A DNA stretch of 64,000 nucleotides from Candidatus Magasanikiibacteriota bacterium (lineage in GTDB: Bacteria; Patescibacteriota; Patescibacteriia; Magasanikbacterales; UBA922). A program made the position numbers and the translations under genes. The notes under the pieces were generated by a model. That model saw only the letters and a program-made list of their open reading frames with translations, was not told the DNA's origin and made no database searches. The number at the start of each line of letters is the position of its first letter. Position 1 is the first letter of the stretch. The stretch covers positions 673 to 64,672 of the forward strand of contig WJJZ01000002.1 in NCBI GenBank assembly GCA_014729395.1, read 5' to 3'. Shown here in pieces: positions 35,125 through 45,323 of the stretch.

Positions 35125-35773
35125 CGAAATCCAATACAGTTTTTGTCAAATGCCGTTTATAGTTGTCGGCAATTTTTTCTTTTTTTGTCAGTTTTCGCCA
35201 ATTTTTTACACCTTTTATCCCTTTTTTTGTGAAAAGGATCCTGTAATCCAGACATGAATTTCTCTTTTCACCAATATTTTTTGTTGAAAATATATAAATT
35301 CTTTTTTTTCTTTCTATCAGCACATATTCTTTTTCTTTTTCATATATTTTTTTTAAATATTCAATTTTTTTGATTTTTTTATATTTAATTTTAAAACCGG
35401 GATGGCATCTTTTTATTTCAGATATAATGTTTTTAATTTTATAACCTGCGGAGCTTTTCGGAATAAAGTGCATATGGGCGTGATTTATACTCTGTCCCCA
35501 TACACCATATTCAATTAAGATCGGTCGCGAAAATTTTGTTTCAATTTCTTTTATTAATTTGGTTTTAAGTTTATCGTATTCTTTTAAAAGGTTAACCGGC
35601 ATGGCTCCGAAGCAGGAATAATGTTTTTTTGGAATAATCATTACATGACCGGCTGCTATTATAGCAAAACCAACTTTTATTATAAAATTTTTATCTTCAT
35701 AAATTATTCCTTCGTTAATATTTTCTTTTTTGCAAAATACACAATCTGTTTTTTTTGGATTTTTTTTAGGCAT
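35114..35773 (-). CDS. HIT-family hydrolase/transferase
   Basis: Histidine triad HAHMHFIP. An N-terminal CVFCK zinc motif. Confidence 0.75.
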   Translation of the reverse strand: MPKKNPKKTDCVFCKKENINEGIIYEDKNFIIKVGFAIIAAGHVMIIPKKHYSCFGAMPVNLLKEYDKLKTKLIKEIETKFSRPILIEYGVWGQSINHAHMHFIPKSSAGYKIKNIISEIKRCHPGFKIKYKKIKKIEYLKKIYEKEKEYVLIERKKRIYIFSTKNIGEKRNSCLDYRILFTKKGIKGVKNWRKLTKKEKIADNYKRHLTKTVLDFDDF

Positions 35774-36020
35774 TTTTTTTATTTATATATACAAAAAAAG
35801 AGTCGCCTGAATGGCGACAATTCATTATTTATTTTGTTTTTTACTTTGTATTGCGGCAATACACATCAGAACAAAAATCAAGCTGCTCTTGGCAAGAACA
35901 AAGTATTCCAAATAATAGTCAGGTTCCAGCCCTTTTGCAATATCGTGAATAGCAGCAAAATCAAGGAGTAATAAAACAATTATTATTATCACTGCAGAAA
36001 TGATCTTTATTTTTTTCATA

Positions 36021-37106
36021 TTAATCATTCTTCTTGGTGGAGAAATTTATTATCTGCCAGTCCGGAGATGAAAAGTAAATATCACTGGCACCGGCTTCGG
36101 TATTATTAACGTCTAATCCACTATAGGCTGTTTCAGCACCGGTCCAAAAATCCAAACCGGCCTGAACAACCGCAGTTCCTGTAATTTTTATCCTAGCTTC
36201 AACTTTTAAGTATTCTGCTTTTGGTGATACCCAGCTTCTTTTGGAGCCCCACCAATGCCATACCCATTCTTTGTATTGATGCGGATAAAAACTGAAATAT
36301 CCCTCGCGATTGGTTGTGATAATCATTGGATTTTTAAATTTTTTTTCATCAAAGAAAAAAGGATACCTTTTGTAAAGACGTCCGTTTGAGAAAGCAAAAG
36401 TTGAAGAAGTTCCGTAATTATATTCATTGGCCAGTAGAATTTCTTCTTCACCATTTTTGAATACTTGGTATAAACGTACATAATCAACTTCAATTTTAGC
36501 GGTGTCATTATTTTCTCCGGTAAAAAGGGCTTGCAACCAGGGCATGGCGTGAGTAAAGCCTTCCGGCGGTGTTTCGTATTGTACGTATTTTTTTATGCGT
36601 ACCATTTCAGAGGGGATTCGATCATCAATTTCAATTTGATTGTCTTCTTTGTATTTTACAGTTGTATCAACCAGGCTTAAATTAAAACCGACTCCATTAT
36701 ATTTATTTACATGATTTAAGTAATATTCATTAAGGGTTGTACCGTTTAGATTGACATTACCCGCATAAATTCCTTTTTCAGAAGCAACCCATTCCAACCT
36801 TTCGTGATCTTGGTTGGTTGTAGCCAAGATATTGAATTGGTAGTCACCTTCCGGTTTGTAGCCTTCATATGTATATACATAATCATTTTTCTTTTCCATC
36901 TTTTCCACTTTTATTTTTCCGTCAAAGTTATGATAAATTTCAACTTTTTCAGCATAAGGGTGGCGTAATCTGACGATTAGTGAAACATCCACTTTTCTGC
37001 TTCTAATGACAGCCGGTATCAAAAAAACCATGACAGCCCCTAAAATTGTCAGAAAAAATAATACTAATAATATTTTTAAACGTGTATTTTTTTGTTCTTT
37101 AGTCAT
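36021..37106 (-). CDS. Hypothetical membrane-anchored protein, 361 aa
   Basis: A single N-terminal TM helix, then an Asn/Tyr-rich extracytoplasmic domain. Confidence 0.5.
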   Translation of the reverse strand: MTKEQKNTRLKILLVLFFLTILGAVMVFLIPAVIRSRKVDVSLIVRLRHPYAEKVEIYHNFDGKIKVEKMEKKNDYVYTYEGYKPEGDYQFNILATTNQDHERLEWVASEKGIYAGNVNLNGTTLNEYYLNHVNKYNGVGFNLSLVDTTVKYKEDNQIEIDDRIPSEMVRIKKYVQYETPPEGFTHAMPWLQALFTGENNDTAKIEVDYVRLYQVFKNGEEEILLANEYNYGTSSTFAFSNGRLYKRYPFFFDEKKFKNPMIITTNREGYFSFYPHQYKEWVWHWWGSKRSWVSPKAEYLKVEARIKITGTAVVQAGLDFWTGAETAYSGLDVNNTEAGASDIYFSSPDWQIINFSTKKND

Positions 37107-37163
37107 TCTATTTTTTTAAAAATTATCAGGGCCATGATTATTTTGGCCCGATTATTATTTTTT

Positions 37164-37778
37164 TTAATCTTCCATGGCCCTTACCCTCTTAAGAATTTTT
37201 ACAATCAAGTTCCTAAAGTTAAATTCATGCAGTGGTGATGTGTATTCCATAAGCTCAGATCTTTTTGCTTTCATATTACTTTTCTGTTTAGAGAAACCCA
37301 TAGCCCTAAACATGAATTTTGCCACAATTCGGCATTCATCTTTATTGATCGGAACCAGGTCATGGGGGCGTGTTTTAAAAACATCTTCATATTTGTCACA
37401 AGGTTGACTTGTCACCAAAAAATGACGGCAAGCAAGAGGTCTGTATTCATATACAGCACATTCTTTTTCAACTAAAAAGGGGCATTTTGGGTTGTTCTCC
37501 ATTCCTAGAACATTCGCCATTATCCGTCTTAGTGTATCCGGATCGAGTGATTCGCATATAAAATTCTGTATAGCAGTAAACTCTATTTCAAGAATGGGTA
37601 TTATGGGGTTTAGACAACATGCATAACAACCCCTTTTACAAACAATCTCCGGCAGTTCAGTGTTAGTTTTGTGTCTACTAACAGATCTTTCCGTTATTTT
37701 ATCCGCTTCAAGAATAGCTTTTTTTAGCCAAAATTGACTAATTTTTGAGGAATTATCTTTGTTTCCACCTTTTTTCAC
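37164..37778 (-). CDS. YkgJ/UPF0153-family Cys-cluster protein (putative Fe-S or Zn binding)
   Basis: CKRGCYACCLNP...CPFL...CAVYEYRPLACRHF. Confidence 0.7.
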   Translation of the reverse strand: MKKGGNKDNSSKISQFWLKKAILEADKITERSVSRHKTNTELPEIVCKRGCYACCLNPIIPILEIEFTAIQNFICESLDPDTLRRIMANVLGMENNPKCPFLVEKECAVYEYRPLACRHFLVTSQPCDKYEDVFKTRPHDLVPINKDECRIVAKFMFRAMGFSKQKSNMKAKRSELMEYTSPLHEFNFRNLIVKILKRVRAMED

Positions 37779-37947
37779 CTTTCCCTCCTTTTTTGATTGT
37801 AAAATATGGGTATATTTTATACAAAAAATAGTTAAAAATCAAGTTTTTCTCTAAAATTAGGCTTTTTAACTTGACAGTGTCTGTAAATTGTGTTAAAAAA
37901 AGGTGTTCTAGATAAAATTAACAAAAAGAAAAAAAAGGAGAAAAAAG

Positions 37948-38157
37948 ATGGGATCTTTAAAAAAAGCTTTCGCAAGACCGAAAATAATCATTGCCGCGCT
38001 TATTGCCGGTACTTTGGCGGCAGTTATTGCCGACCTCATCAAAATGGAGACGGGATCAATTTTATCCGGATTTATGGTTTTTATGTTACTGATTATTCCG
38101 TTTACTGTGCTGTCGGTATTGATCGTTAATATTTTCTTTGTGAAAAAAAATGAATGA
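37948..38157 (+). CDS. Small membrane protein, 69 aa
   Basis: AAGGAG RBS and two hydrophobic helices. A terminator follows at 38160-38197. Confidence 0.35.
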   Translation: MGSLKKAFARPKIIIAALIAGTLAAVIADLIKMETGSILSGFMVFMLLIIPFTVLSVLIVNIFFVKKNE

Positions 38158-38272
38158 GGGGCAGCCCTGTTGAAATTTCAACCGGGTTTTTTTATGCTTG
38201 AATTTTTAAATACTACCTGATAAATTATACTTATTGGAAATCTATAAGATAAATCAAAATTAATCCGGTTCT

Positions 38273-39004
38273 ATGAGCGGACATTCCAAGTGGCATAAAA
38301 TACAACATAAAAAAGGCAAAGCTGATGCAGCCAGAAGCAATGTCTTCACCAAGCTAACCAGAGCTATCACCGTAGCTGCACAAGAAGGCGGCGGCGATCC
38401 TGAGATGAATTTTTCATTGCGTTTGGCAATAGAAAAAGCCAAATCGGCTAATGTACCCAAAGATAATATTGAAAGAGCGGTTAAAAAAGGCACTGGTGAA
38501 TTGAAAAGTGAAGACAAGTTGAAGAAAGTGGTTTATGAGGGTTTTGGACCCGGAGGCGTAGCCATTGTTATAGAAAGCGTTACCGATAATACTAACAGAA
38601 CGGTAGCTGAGGTAAAGCATGTGTTGAATAAATTCGACGGTTCTTTGGGTGGGCCGGGTTCAGTGTTGTGGCAGTTTGAACAGAAAGGAGTGGTAAGGTT
38701 TGTTATTGATAAAAAAGATAAAATTGAAAATTGGGAAGAAGCCCAATTGAAATTTATGGATGCAGGTATAGAGGATATAAGAGAAAGTGATGATGGGGTT
38801 GAGCTCATCACCAATAAAGATAATTTTCAAAAAATGATAGAAGTTGTTTCAGAGCTTGAGATTGAACCGGATGATTCAGGTCTGCAATGGGTAGCAAAGG
38901 AGGAGATAGAGATTGACGATGAGATAAGCAAAAAAATGGAAGCACTTTATGATGAGTTGGAAGAGTTGGATGATGTGAAAGAGGTTTATACAAATGAGAA
39001 GTAG
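38273..39004 (+). CDS. yebC: YebC/PmpR-family transcriptional regulator
   Basis: MSGHSKWHKIQHKKGKADAARSNVFTKL... is canonical. Confidence 0.95.
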   Translation: MSGHSKWHKIQHKKGKADAARSNVFTKLTRAITVAAQEGGGDPEMNFSLRLAIEKAKSANVPKDNIERAVKKGTGELKSEDKLKKVVYEGFGPGGVAIVIESVTDNTNRTVAEVKHVLNKFDGSLGGPGSVLWQFEQKGVVRFVIDKKDKIENWEEAQLKFMDAGIEDIRESDDGVELITNKDNFQKMIEVVSELEIEPDDSGLQWVAKEEIEIDDEISKKMEALYDELEELDDVKEVYTNEK

Positions 39005-39098
39005 TAAGACCTGTAAAGGCTAATAGATTAGGAGGAGTATTGCAGATAAATAATTCGCAATTTACTATTTACGACTTACAACTAACTCTTTATTTTTT

Positions 39099-39614
39099 GT
39101 GAATTCATCTCCGGATACAACACGAATTTTGGGTATTGACCCCGGTTTTGGCCGGGTTGGTTTTGCAGTGATTGAAGACATTGGTAATGAATGGAAAACA
39201 CTTTCATACGGTTGTATAGAAACGGCAAAAAATACCAGATTTGTCGATAGGTTGGACAAGTTAAATAAGAGTTTGACAAAGATTATCGATAAATATAATC
39301 CCAATCTGGCGGCGGTCGAAGATTTGTTTTTTTATAAAAATGTCAAGACAGCTATAAAAGTCGGTCAGGCGAGAGGGGTGATTTTGTTGACTTTGCGACA
39401 GGCAAAAATTGAAATTGATGAGTTTACACCCCTTCAAATCAAGCAGGCAGTTACCGGCTATGGGCATGCCAAAAAAAAGCAAATCCAATACATGGTAGCA
39501 ATCCAGCTCGGTTTAAAAACAGTTCCAAAGCAGGACGATGCAGCCGATGCCTTAGCGGTTGCGCTAACGTGTGCACATTCCATGAAGTTAAAAAAAATAA
39601 TGAACATTCAGTAA
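39099..39614 (+). CDS. ruvC: Holliday junction resolvase RuvC
   Basis: ILGIDPGFGRVGFAVIE and the downstream catalytic D/E residues. Operon partner of yebC. Confidence 0.9.
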   Translation: MNSSPDTTRILGIDPGFGRVGFAVIEDIGNEWKTLSYGCIETAKNTRFVDRLDKLNKSLTKIIDKYNPNLAAVEDLFFYKNVKTAIKVGQARGVILLTLRQAKIEIDEFTPLQIKQAVTGYGHAKKKQIQYMVAIQLGLKTVPKQDDAADALAVALTCAHSMKLKKIMNIQ

Positions 39615-39714
39615 AAAGTGGTATTTTTAATTTACGACGATTTGTAAATAAATTTTTTTTATAGTAAATTAAACTAGTTTTCCTATTAAACATTTTACCA
39701 ACAAGGAGGTAAAA

Positions 39715-41088
39715 ATGGCAGAAGTTTGTATTCTCGGTACAGGATACGTTGGTCTAGTTACGGGGGTGGGTTTGGCGCATCTGGGTCACCAGGTCGTATG
39801 CGTTGATATTGATGAAAAAAAAATCGATACACTCTCTGCTGGGAGACTTCCTTTTTATGAGGATGGCTTGTTGGAACTAGTCCAAAATGGAATCTACAAT
39901 GGGAGGTTGTCCTTTACAACGTCTTTGTCCAAAGGTTTGAGGAAGGCGGATTATGTATTTGTGGCAGTAGCAACTCCGCCAAAAGAATCCGGTGAACCGG
40001 ACTTGAGTCAACTATTTTCTGCAGTTGAAGAAATTGCAGAATTATCTAATGGCCAACTTGTCGTGATAATCAAATCGACTGTGCCAGTAGGTTGTTTCAA
40101 AGAGTTGGGTACTATCCTCTCCCAAGAGGAGTTGACTTTAGTTTGTTGTCCTGAGTTTTTGGCAGAGGGGGCAGCTGTGCAAGATTTTTTTCACCCCTCT
40201 CGTACTATTGTTGGTGCCGATGATGAAAAAGTCGCTAGACAAGTGGTGGCGCTTTTTGATGGGGTGACTGGCCCCAGGATTTATTGTGATATTGAAACGG
40301 CTCAGCTCATAAAATATGCAAGCAACTCTTTTTTAGCTTCTCGAATCGCGTTCATTAATGAGTTGTCACGCATGTGTGAATATTTTGGTGTTGATGTGAG
40401 GAACGTCGAAAGCGGGATTCTTCTTGATCCTAGGTTCGGTAACACTTATCTGCAGTCTGGGATAGGTTTCGCTGGCCCTTGTTTACCAAAAGATCTGGCA
40501 GCCTTGGTTCATACGGCTAAGACCGTAGGTCATGATGCTATTGTGTGTAAGGCCATCGAAGCACAGAATCAACAACAACTTGATCATGCTGTCAAGCAGA
40601 TCTGTAGTTTAGTTGAAACGGGAGACAAGATAGCTGTCTTTGGAATTTCTTTCAAGGCTGGTACAAGTGACGTTAGAAATTCATTTTCAGTAGAGATAAT
40701 TAAAAGACTTGAAGCCAGAGGTTATAACGTGGTTGCGAGTGATCCTGTTGCAAATGATTATGCGGCAGACTATTTAAAGCAACTGGGTATACAGGTCATG
40801 GAAAATCCTTGGTCAACAGCCAGGGGAAGTGCAGCACAAATATTTTTGACAGGTTGGCCACAATACCGTGCGTTGGATATGAACCGATTGTTCAAAGTGG
40901 TAAAAAGTCCACGTATTTTTGATGGACCGGGTATTTTTGACCAGAAGGTGGTAGAAGAGATAGGATTCCAATACCTTGGCATTGGACGTGTTGGAACATC
41001 GAGGAGGTTGGTCATAGTGGAGAAAAAAAATAAGTTCACTGAAATGGCAGTGGGGGGGGTAAAGAGAGTCAAATATTTTGTAGTTTGA
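39715..41088 (+). CDS. ugd: UDP-glucose/GDP-mannose 6-dehydrogenase family enzyme
   Basis: GTGYVGLVTGVGLA Rossmann motif and catalytic Cys in GFAGPCLPKD. GC is higher than in neighbouring genes. Confidence 0.85.
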   Translation: MAEVCILGTGYVGLVTGVGLAHLGHQVVCVDIDEKKIDTLSAGRLPFYEDGLLELVQNGIYNGRLSFTTSLSKGLRKADYVFVAVATPPKESGEPDLSQLFSAVEEIAELSNGQLVVIIKSTVPVGCFKELGTILSQEELTLVCCPEFLAEGAAVQDFFHPSRTIVGADDEKVARQVVALFDGVTGPRIYCDIETAQLIKYASNSFLASRIAFINELSRMCEYFGVDVRNVESGILLDPRFGNTYLQSGIGFAGPCLPKDLAALVHTAKTVGHDAIVCKAIEAQNQQQLDHAVKQICSLVETGDKIAVFGISFKAGTSDVRNSFSVEIIKRLEARGYNVVASDPVANDYAADYLKQLGIQVMENPWSTARGSAAQIFLTGWPQYRALDMNRLFKVVKSPRIFDGPGIFDQKVVEEIGFQYLGIGRVGTSRRLVIVEKKNKFTEMAVGGVKRVKYFVV

Positions 41089-41093
41089 CTCTT

Positions 41094-41900
41094 TTATTTT
41101 TTAAATGTATACGATAATTTATCGATGTTTAAGGTAGTGTCAACAGCTAATTCGATTTTTGATTTTTTGTATGAAACAGGGATAATCAAGGAACTGTCAA
41201 AATTAAATTTTTTTGCCAAGTATAGTCCCATCTCAAATGGTGATTGTTTTTTTTCTGCAACATGAATTATACCTTTTAAATTCTGATCAATAAGTTTCCA
41301 AACAATCTTTGCAAGTTTTTCCACTTTTATTGTAGAACGTTTTATATCATCAAAGCGTTCTATTTTTTGATTCTTTTTAAGACAGTTTAATACTTCTAAT
41401 GATCTTTTATCAAAATTTTTTTTGTCTCTACCTAATATATATCCAGTTCTAATTATTAAGAAATTATCAGAAAATTGTTTTATCATTTGTTCAGCAGAGA
41501 GTTTGGCTTTGCCGTAATCGGTTTTCGGATTTGTTTTATCATTTTCTTTGTAATTACCCTTTTCACCATCAAAGACAGCGTCGGAGGAAAAGTAAATTAA
41601 TTTTGTTTTTGGTGCATTTAATAATTGGACCAATTTTTTAGTATAAATTTTAATTTTTTTTGGATTTGAGTCATGTGGGTAAATACGCGAGGCATAAATC
41701 ACAATTTTTGGTTTTGAAATTTTTAGAGCTTTTTTAATACTGATTGTATCAGTCAAGTCAATTTTTATGTGGTGTATTTTCGTGTTATCCATTGTATTTC
41801 TATGGGCTTTCCAAACACAAAATTTTTTTGGTGAACATTCAAAAATTTTTGAACCCAAAAAACCGGAAGATCCGATTAACAATATATTTTGTTTGTTCAT
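41094..41900 (-). CDS. NAD(P)-dependent sugar reductase/epimerase, RmlD-like (dTDP-4-dehydrorhamnose reductase family)
   Basis: LLIGSSGFLGSKI Rossmann motif plus Yxxx(K) family architecture. Confidence 0.7.
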   Translation of the reverse strand: MNKQNILLIGSSGFLGSKIFECSPKKFCVWKAHRNTMDNTKIHHIKIDLTDTISIKKALKISKPKIVIYASRIYPHDSNPKKIKIYTKKLVQLLNAPKTKLIYFSSDAVFDGEKGNYKENDKTNPKTDYGKAKLSAEQMIKQFSDNFLIIRTGYILGRDKKNFDKRSLEVLNCLKKNQKIERFDDIKRSTIKVEKLAKIVWKLIDQNLKGIIHVAEKKQSPFEMGLYLAKKFNFDSSLIIPVSYKKSKIELAVDTTLNIDKLSYTFKK

Positions 41901-41982
41901 ATTTTTTCTTATTAAATCTAATTTATATCCTCAATTTTTTGTTGTCAAGAAAAAAGACCTCATTAAGAGGTCTATAATACAT

Positions 41983-43344
41983 TTAAAGCACCTTCAGTCT
42001 TGGATCAGATCTTTTCGAGGATTGTTGTTCATTGTGATTTTTGACAAAATCCGCCAGACCATTTGCTAAGGATAAAAAATCCTTTTGATCCATATCAAGT
42101 ACAAATGAGCGTTCAAGAGATTGGTTCGCTGCCCAAGACCAGTCTGTATCTTCCTCATCCAGTAGACCGGCTTCGACTACTACTTGGTACATCGGAGTAC
42201 CAGGTAGGGGTGTAAACTTTGCCAGACTCACAAATGGCGGGCTAATTTCCTGGATGATATTTTTGGTTTCTTCCATACTAGATTGGGTTTCCTGCGGAAT
42301 CCCAATGATCATATATGCCGACCAGAATATTCCAGAACGGTTAAGTATGTTTGCAGCAGATTTTATTTACTCCTTGTTGATGCCTTTATTCATATACTTC
42401 AGGCTGTCGTTACTGCCTGATTCCACTCCAATTCGTATTGTTGAACAGCCGGCTTTTTGCATTAAATCAAGCAACTCTGAATCTACTGTATCAACCCGTG
42501 TTAGACATTCCCATTTTATATCTAAGCGTTCTTCTATGAGTCTGTGGCAGAAATCAATAGTCCGATTTCTATTTTGGGTAAAAGTACCATTACGGAAAGA
42601 GAAATATTTAGTACCGTAGCGTTCCATCCTCATTTTTATTTCAGTTATGGTTCGTGTAATGGAATGAAATCGGACTTTTTTACCCCAAATACTGGAGAGG
42701 CTGCAAAAACTACAGGAGTGTGGACAGCCACGTGCTGTAACCATAAGACCCATATCTATCGGTCTGTAGCTTTTTTCATTTTGTAGACACTTCAGGGCAG
42801 GTATGGGCAAAATATCCAATTCGCTGATTAGATGTCCGCTAATTACTTTGCGTGGACTTTCCTTATTTTCTAACTCCCGGACTAGTTTGAGTAAGGCAAG
42901 TTCGCCTTCACCACTTATTATATAATCCACATTTTTATGAAGTGCATCTTTCGGGCGGACTGTTACGTGCTCACCACCTAAGACCACTATTATTTTTTGA
43001 TTATATGATTTTGTTATGCTTGCAAGTTTAATTGCAGATGCTAGTTTAACGGTCAGAGCTGAAATTCCAACAATATTTGGTTTGAAATCAGCTAAGATTT
43101 TTGAGAATTCTTCCCAGACGGGGTGTGTATCATTTGTGAGAGCATTTAGATAATGTTGATGTCTAGAAGATGTTTCTTTCATGCTCGGGCTAATACATGA
43201 CGTGTCATGTTCTGCATCATAAATTATCACTTCATGACCGGATCTCTGGAGTGTGGCCGCTAGATATGAAAGCCCAAGTGGAAAGTAGAAGCGATAGAAT
43301 CCCATAAATCTTTGACAGGGTGGATCGACGAGTAGAATTTTCAT
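41983..43344 (-). pseudogene. B12-binding-domain radical SAM enzyme interrupted by a single in-frame TAA (at 42367-42369)
   Basis: N-terminal B12-like domain and CPHSCSFC. The reading frame continues unchanged across the stop: ...MNKGINKE*IKSAANILNRSGIFWSAYMIIGIPQETQ.... The C-terminal 109 aa belong to the same family. Confidence 0.7.
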
Positions 43345-43510
43345 GTCTTCTCCTTTTTAAGGATCGGTTTTTGAGTTCGGTATACCCATATAAACAGATT
43401 TTGATTTAATTTTCAAGTTTTTGAATAAAAGAATTTTTGATAAAACATTAGGATTTTGTTAATATCCCTTTATATGTTCTTTTCTATATCAGTCAAAAAG
43501 GAGGATTGTC

Positions 43511-44188
43511 TTGGAATGTAAGAAGAACACCGAGGCTAAACGCCTCTTTTTTCATATCACCCCTGCGGTCATTGCAATAATTTGCTTGCAGATTATTAGT
43601 ATATCCAAGGATACGGGGTGGTTGGTCTATGCGATATTGGCTTTTTTTGCTTTATCGCTTGATACTTTTCGGTTCGTTACATACCGAATAAGCTTGAAAA
43701 TTAAAAATTTAGATACCGCCTTTTGGCGTTGGTTTTTATCTAAAGAACAGTGGTTGGTTGAAAAAAATATTTTACGCCAAGAAGAAAGGTTGTGGCCATC
43801 TTCGATGATGACTTTTTCAATCGGATTAGGTGTTACTTATTGGTTTTTTCCGGATTACATTGTTGTGCCGGCAGTTATCATCCTGTCATTAGGTGATCCG
43901 GCTGCCCGTATTATCGGGGTTAACTTGCGCAGTTACAGATTTCCGAATGGCAAGACAATAGCCGGATTCTTGGGTTTTGTCACAGTCGCACTTTGCGGAG
44001 CGTTGGCTTTCAACGGGCTGTGCAAAATCTGGCCCATGTATCCGGATCACCATTCAATGGGAGAAATTTTTGGCGCTCAAATTGCCGGTGTATTCGGTGG
44101 AGCCGGGGTTGAGTTCGCTTTCAAACGGATGGACAACATGCTTATTGGTGTCGCATCCGCTATCGCCATGAGTCTGGTTTTGTTATAA
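43511..44188 (+). CDS. Integral membrane protein, possibly polyprenol/dolichol-kinase or CdsA-superfamily
   Basis: Six or more TM helices. Contains GDPAARIIG...GKTIAGFLG. Confidence 0.45.
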   Translation: MECKKNTEAKRLFFHITPAVIAIICLQIISISKDTGWLVYAILAFFALSLDTFRFVTYRISLKIKNLDTAFWRWFLSKEQWLVEKNILRQEERLWPSSMMTFSIGLGVTYWFFPDYIVVPAVIILSLGDPAARIIGVNLRSYRFPNGKTIAGFLGFVTVALCGALAFNGLCKIWPMYPDHHSMGEIFGAQIAGVFGGAGVEFAFKRMDNMLIGVASAIAMSLVLL

Positions 44189-44343
44189 CCTCCTTGTTAG
44201 GCTTGGAGGTTTTTTATTGGCAACCACTTGACAAATAGCCTTTTTTTGTATATAATCAGCATGTTAAAAACATTATTTTTTTAATCCAGCGGACCCGAGT
44301 TTTTCACATGCTGAACTTGAGGCCCGGTAACCACCAGGCATGT

Positions 44344-44685
44344 ATGTTAACAAAAGACCAAAAACAAAAGATAATTAAAAAGTATCAAACCCATGAAGGT
44401 GATACAGGTTCAACGGAAGTTCAGATAGCCATCTTATCGGCAGAAATAGATGAGCTTTCCGATCACTTAAAAGAACATCATAAAGATCATTCTTCAAGAA
44501 GGGGTTTATTAAGAAAAGTTGGCGAAAGAAGAAAACTTTTGAGATATTTGAAAAAAGAAAATGCCGCTTCGTATGAAGAGCTTGTAAAAAAATTAAAATT
44601 AAAACAAGCAAAGGTATTTGCCAATAAACCGGTTCAGGACGAGAAAAAAGAAGATAACAAAAAAGAAGATGAAAAAGGAAAATAA
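44344..44685 (+). CDS. rpsO: 30S ribosomal protein S15 with Lys-rich C-terminal tail
   Basis: [35 protein letters not shown]...[18 protein letters not shown]. The start codon is ambiguous (44308 versus 44344). Confidence 0.85.
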   Translation: MLTKDQKQKIIKKYQTHEGDTGSTEVQIAILSAEIDELSDHLKEHHKDHSSRRGLLRKVGERRKLLRYLKKENAASYEELVKKLKLKQAKVFANKPVQDEKKEDNKKEDEKGK

Positions 44686-45238
44686 AACAACTAATCCTCT
44701 AAAGCACCCCGATCAACGTGTAGGGGTGTTTATTGATGTACAAAATTTATATTATAGTGCCAAAAATCTTTATGGAAAAAAAGTGAATTTTGGTAATATA
44801 GTAAAAGCGGCTGTAGAAGGTAGGAAATTAATACGATCCATCGCATATGTCGTTAGAACGGAATCACAAGATGAGCAGCCTTTTTTTGAAGCCCTATATA
44901 ATTTGGGGATAGAAACAAGAGAAAAAGATTTACAGATTTTCAATTCCGGAACCAAGAAAGCGGATTGGGATGTTGGATTGGCGGTTGATGCTATCAGATT
45001 ATCCCATAGTTTGGATGCGATCGTTTTGGTGTCCGGTGACGGTGATTATTTACCTTTACTGGATTATTTGCAAAAAAGTACCGGAAAGCAGGTTGAGGTG
45101 GTTGCTTTTGGTAAAACATCTTCAAATAGATTGGTTGAATCGGCTGATGATTTTTTGGATTTGGATGAGGATTTGGCAAATTTTTTGATAACTGATAATA
45201 GAAAAGGAAGATTGAGCACAAAAAAAAAAAGAAAATAA
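44669..45238 (+). CDS. NYN/LabA-like PIN-fold domain protein
   Basis: [12 protein letters not shown]...[13 protein letters not shown]. Overlaps the rpsO 3' end in another frame. Confidence 0.7.
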   Translation: MKKENKTTNPLKHPDQRVGVFIDVQNLYYSAKNLYGKKVNFGNIVKAAVEGRKLIRSIAYVVRTESQDEQPFFEALYNLGIETREKDLQIFNSGTKKADWDVGLAVDAIRLSHSLDAIVLVSGDGDYLPLLDYLQKSTGKQVEVVAFGKTSSNRLVESADDFLDLDEDLANFLITDNRKGRLSTKKKRK

Positions 45239-45323
45239 TTATTTAAAGAAGCTTGGTCCGGAGGAATCTAGGTCCAGATTAAAGGATCTATCTCATCCGG
45301 AACAACTTCATAAAAGACAATTT

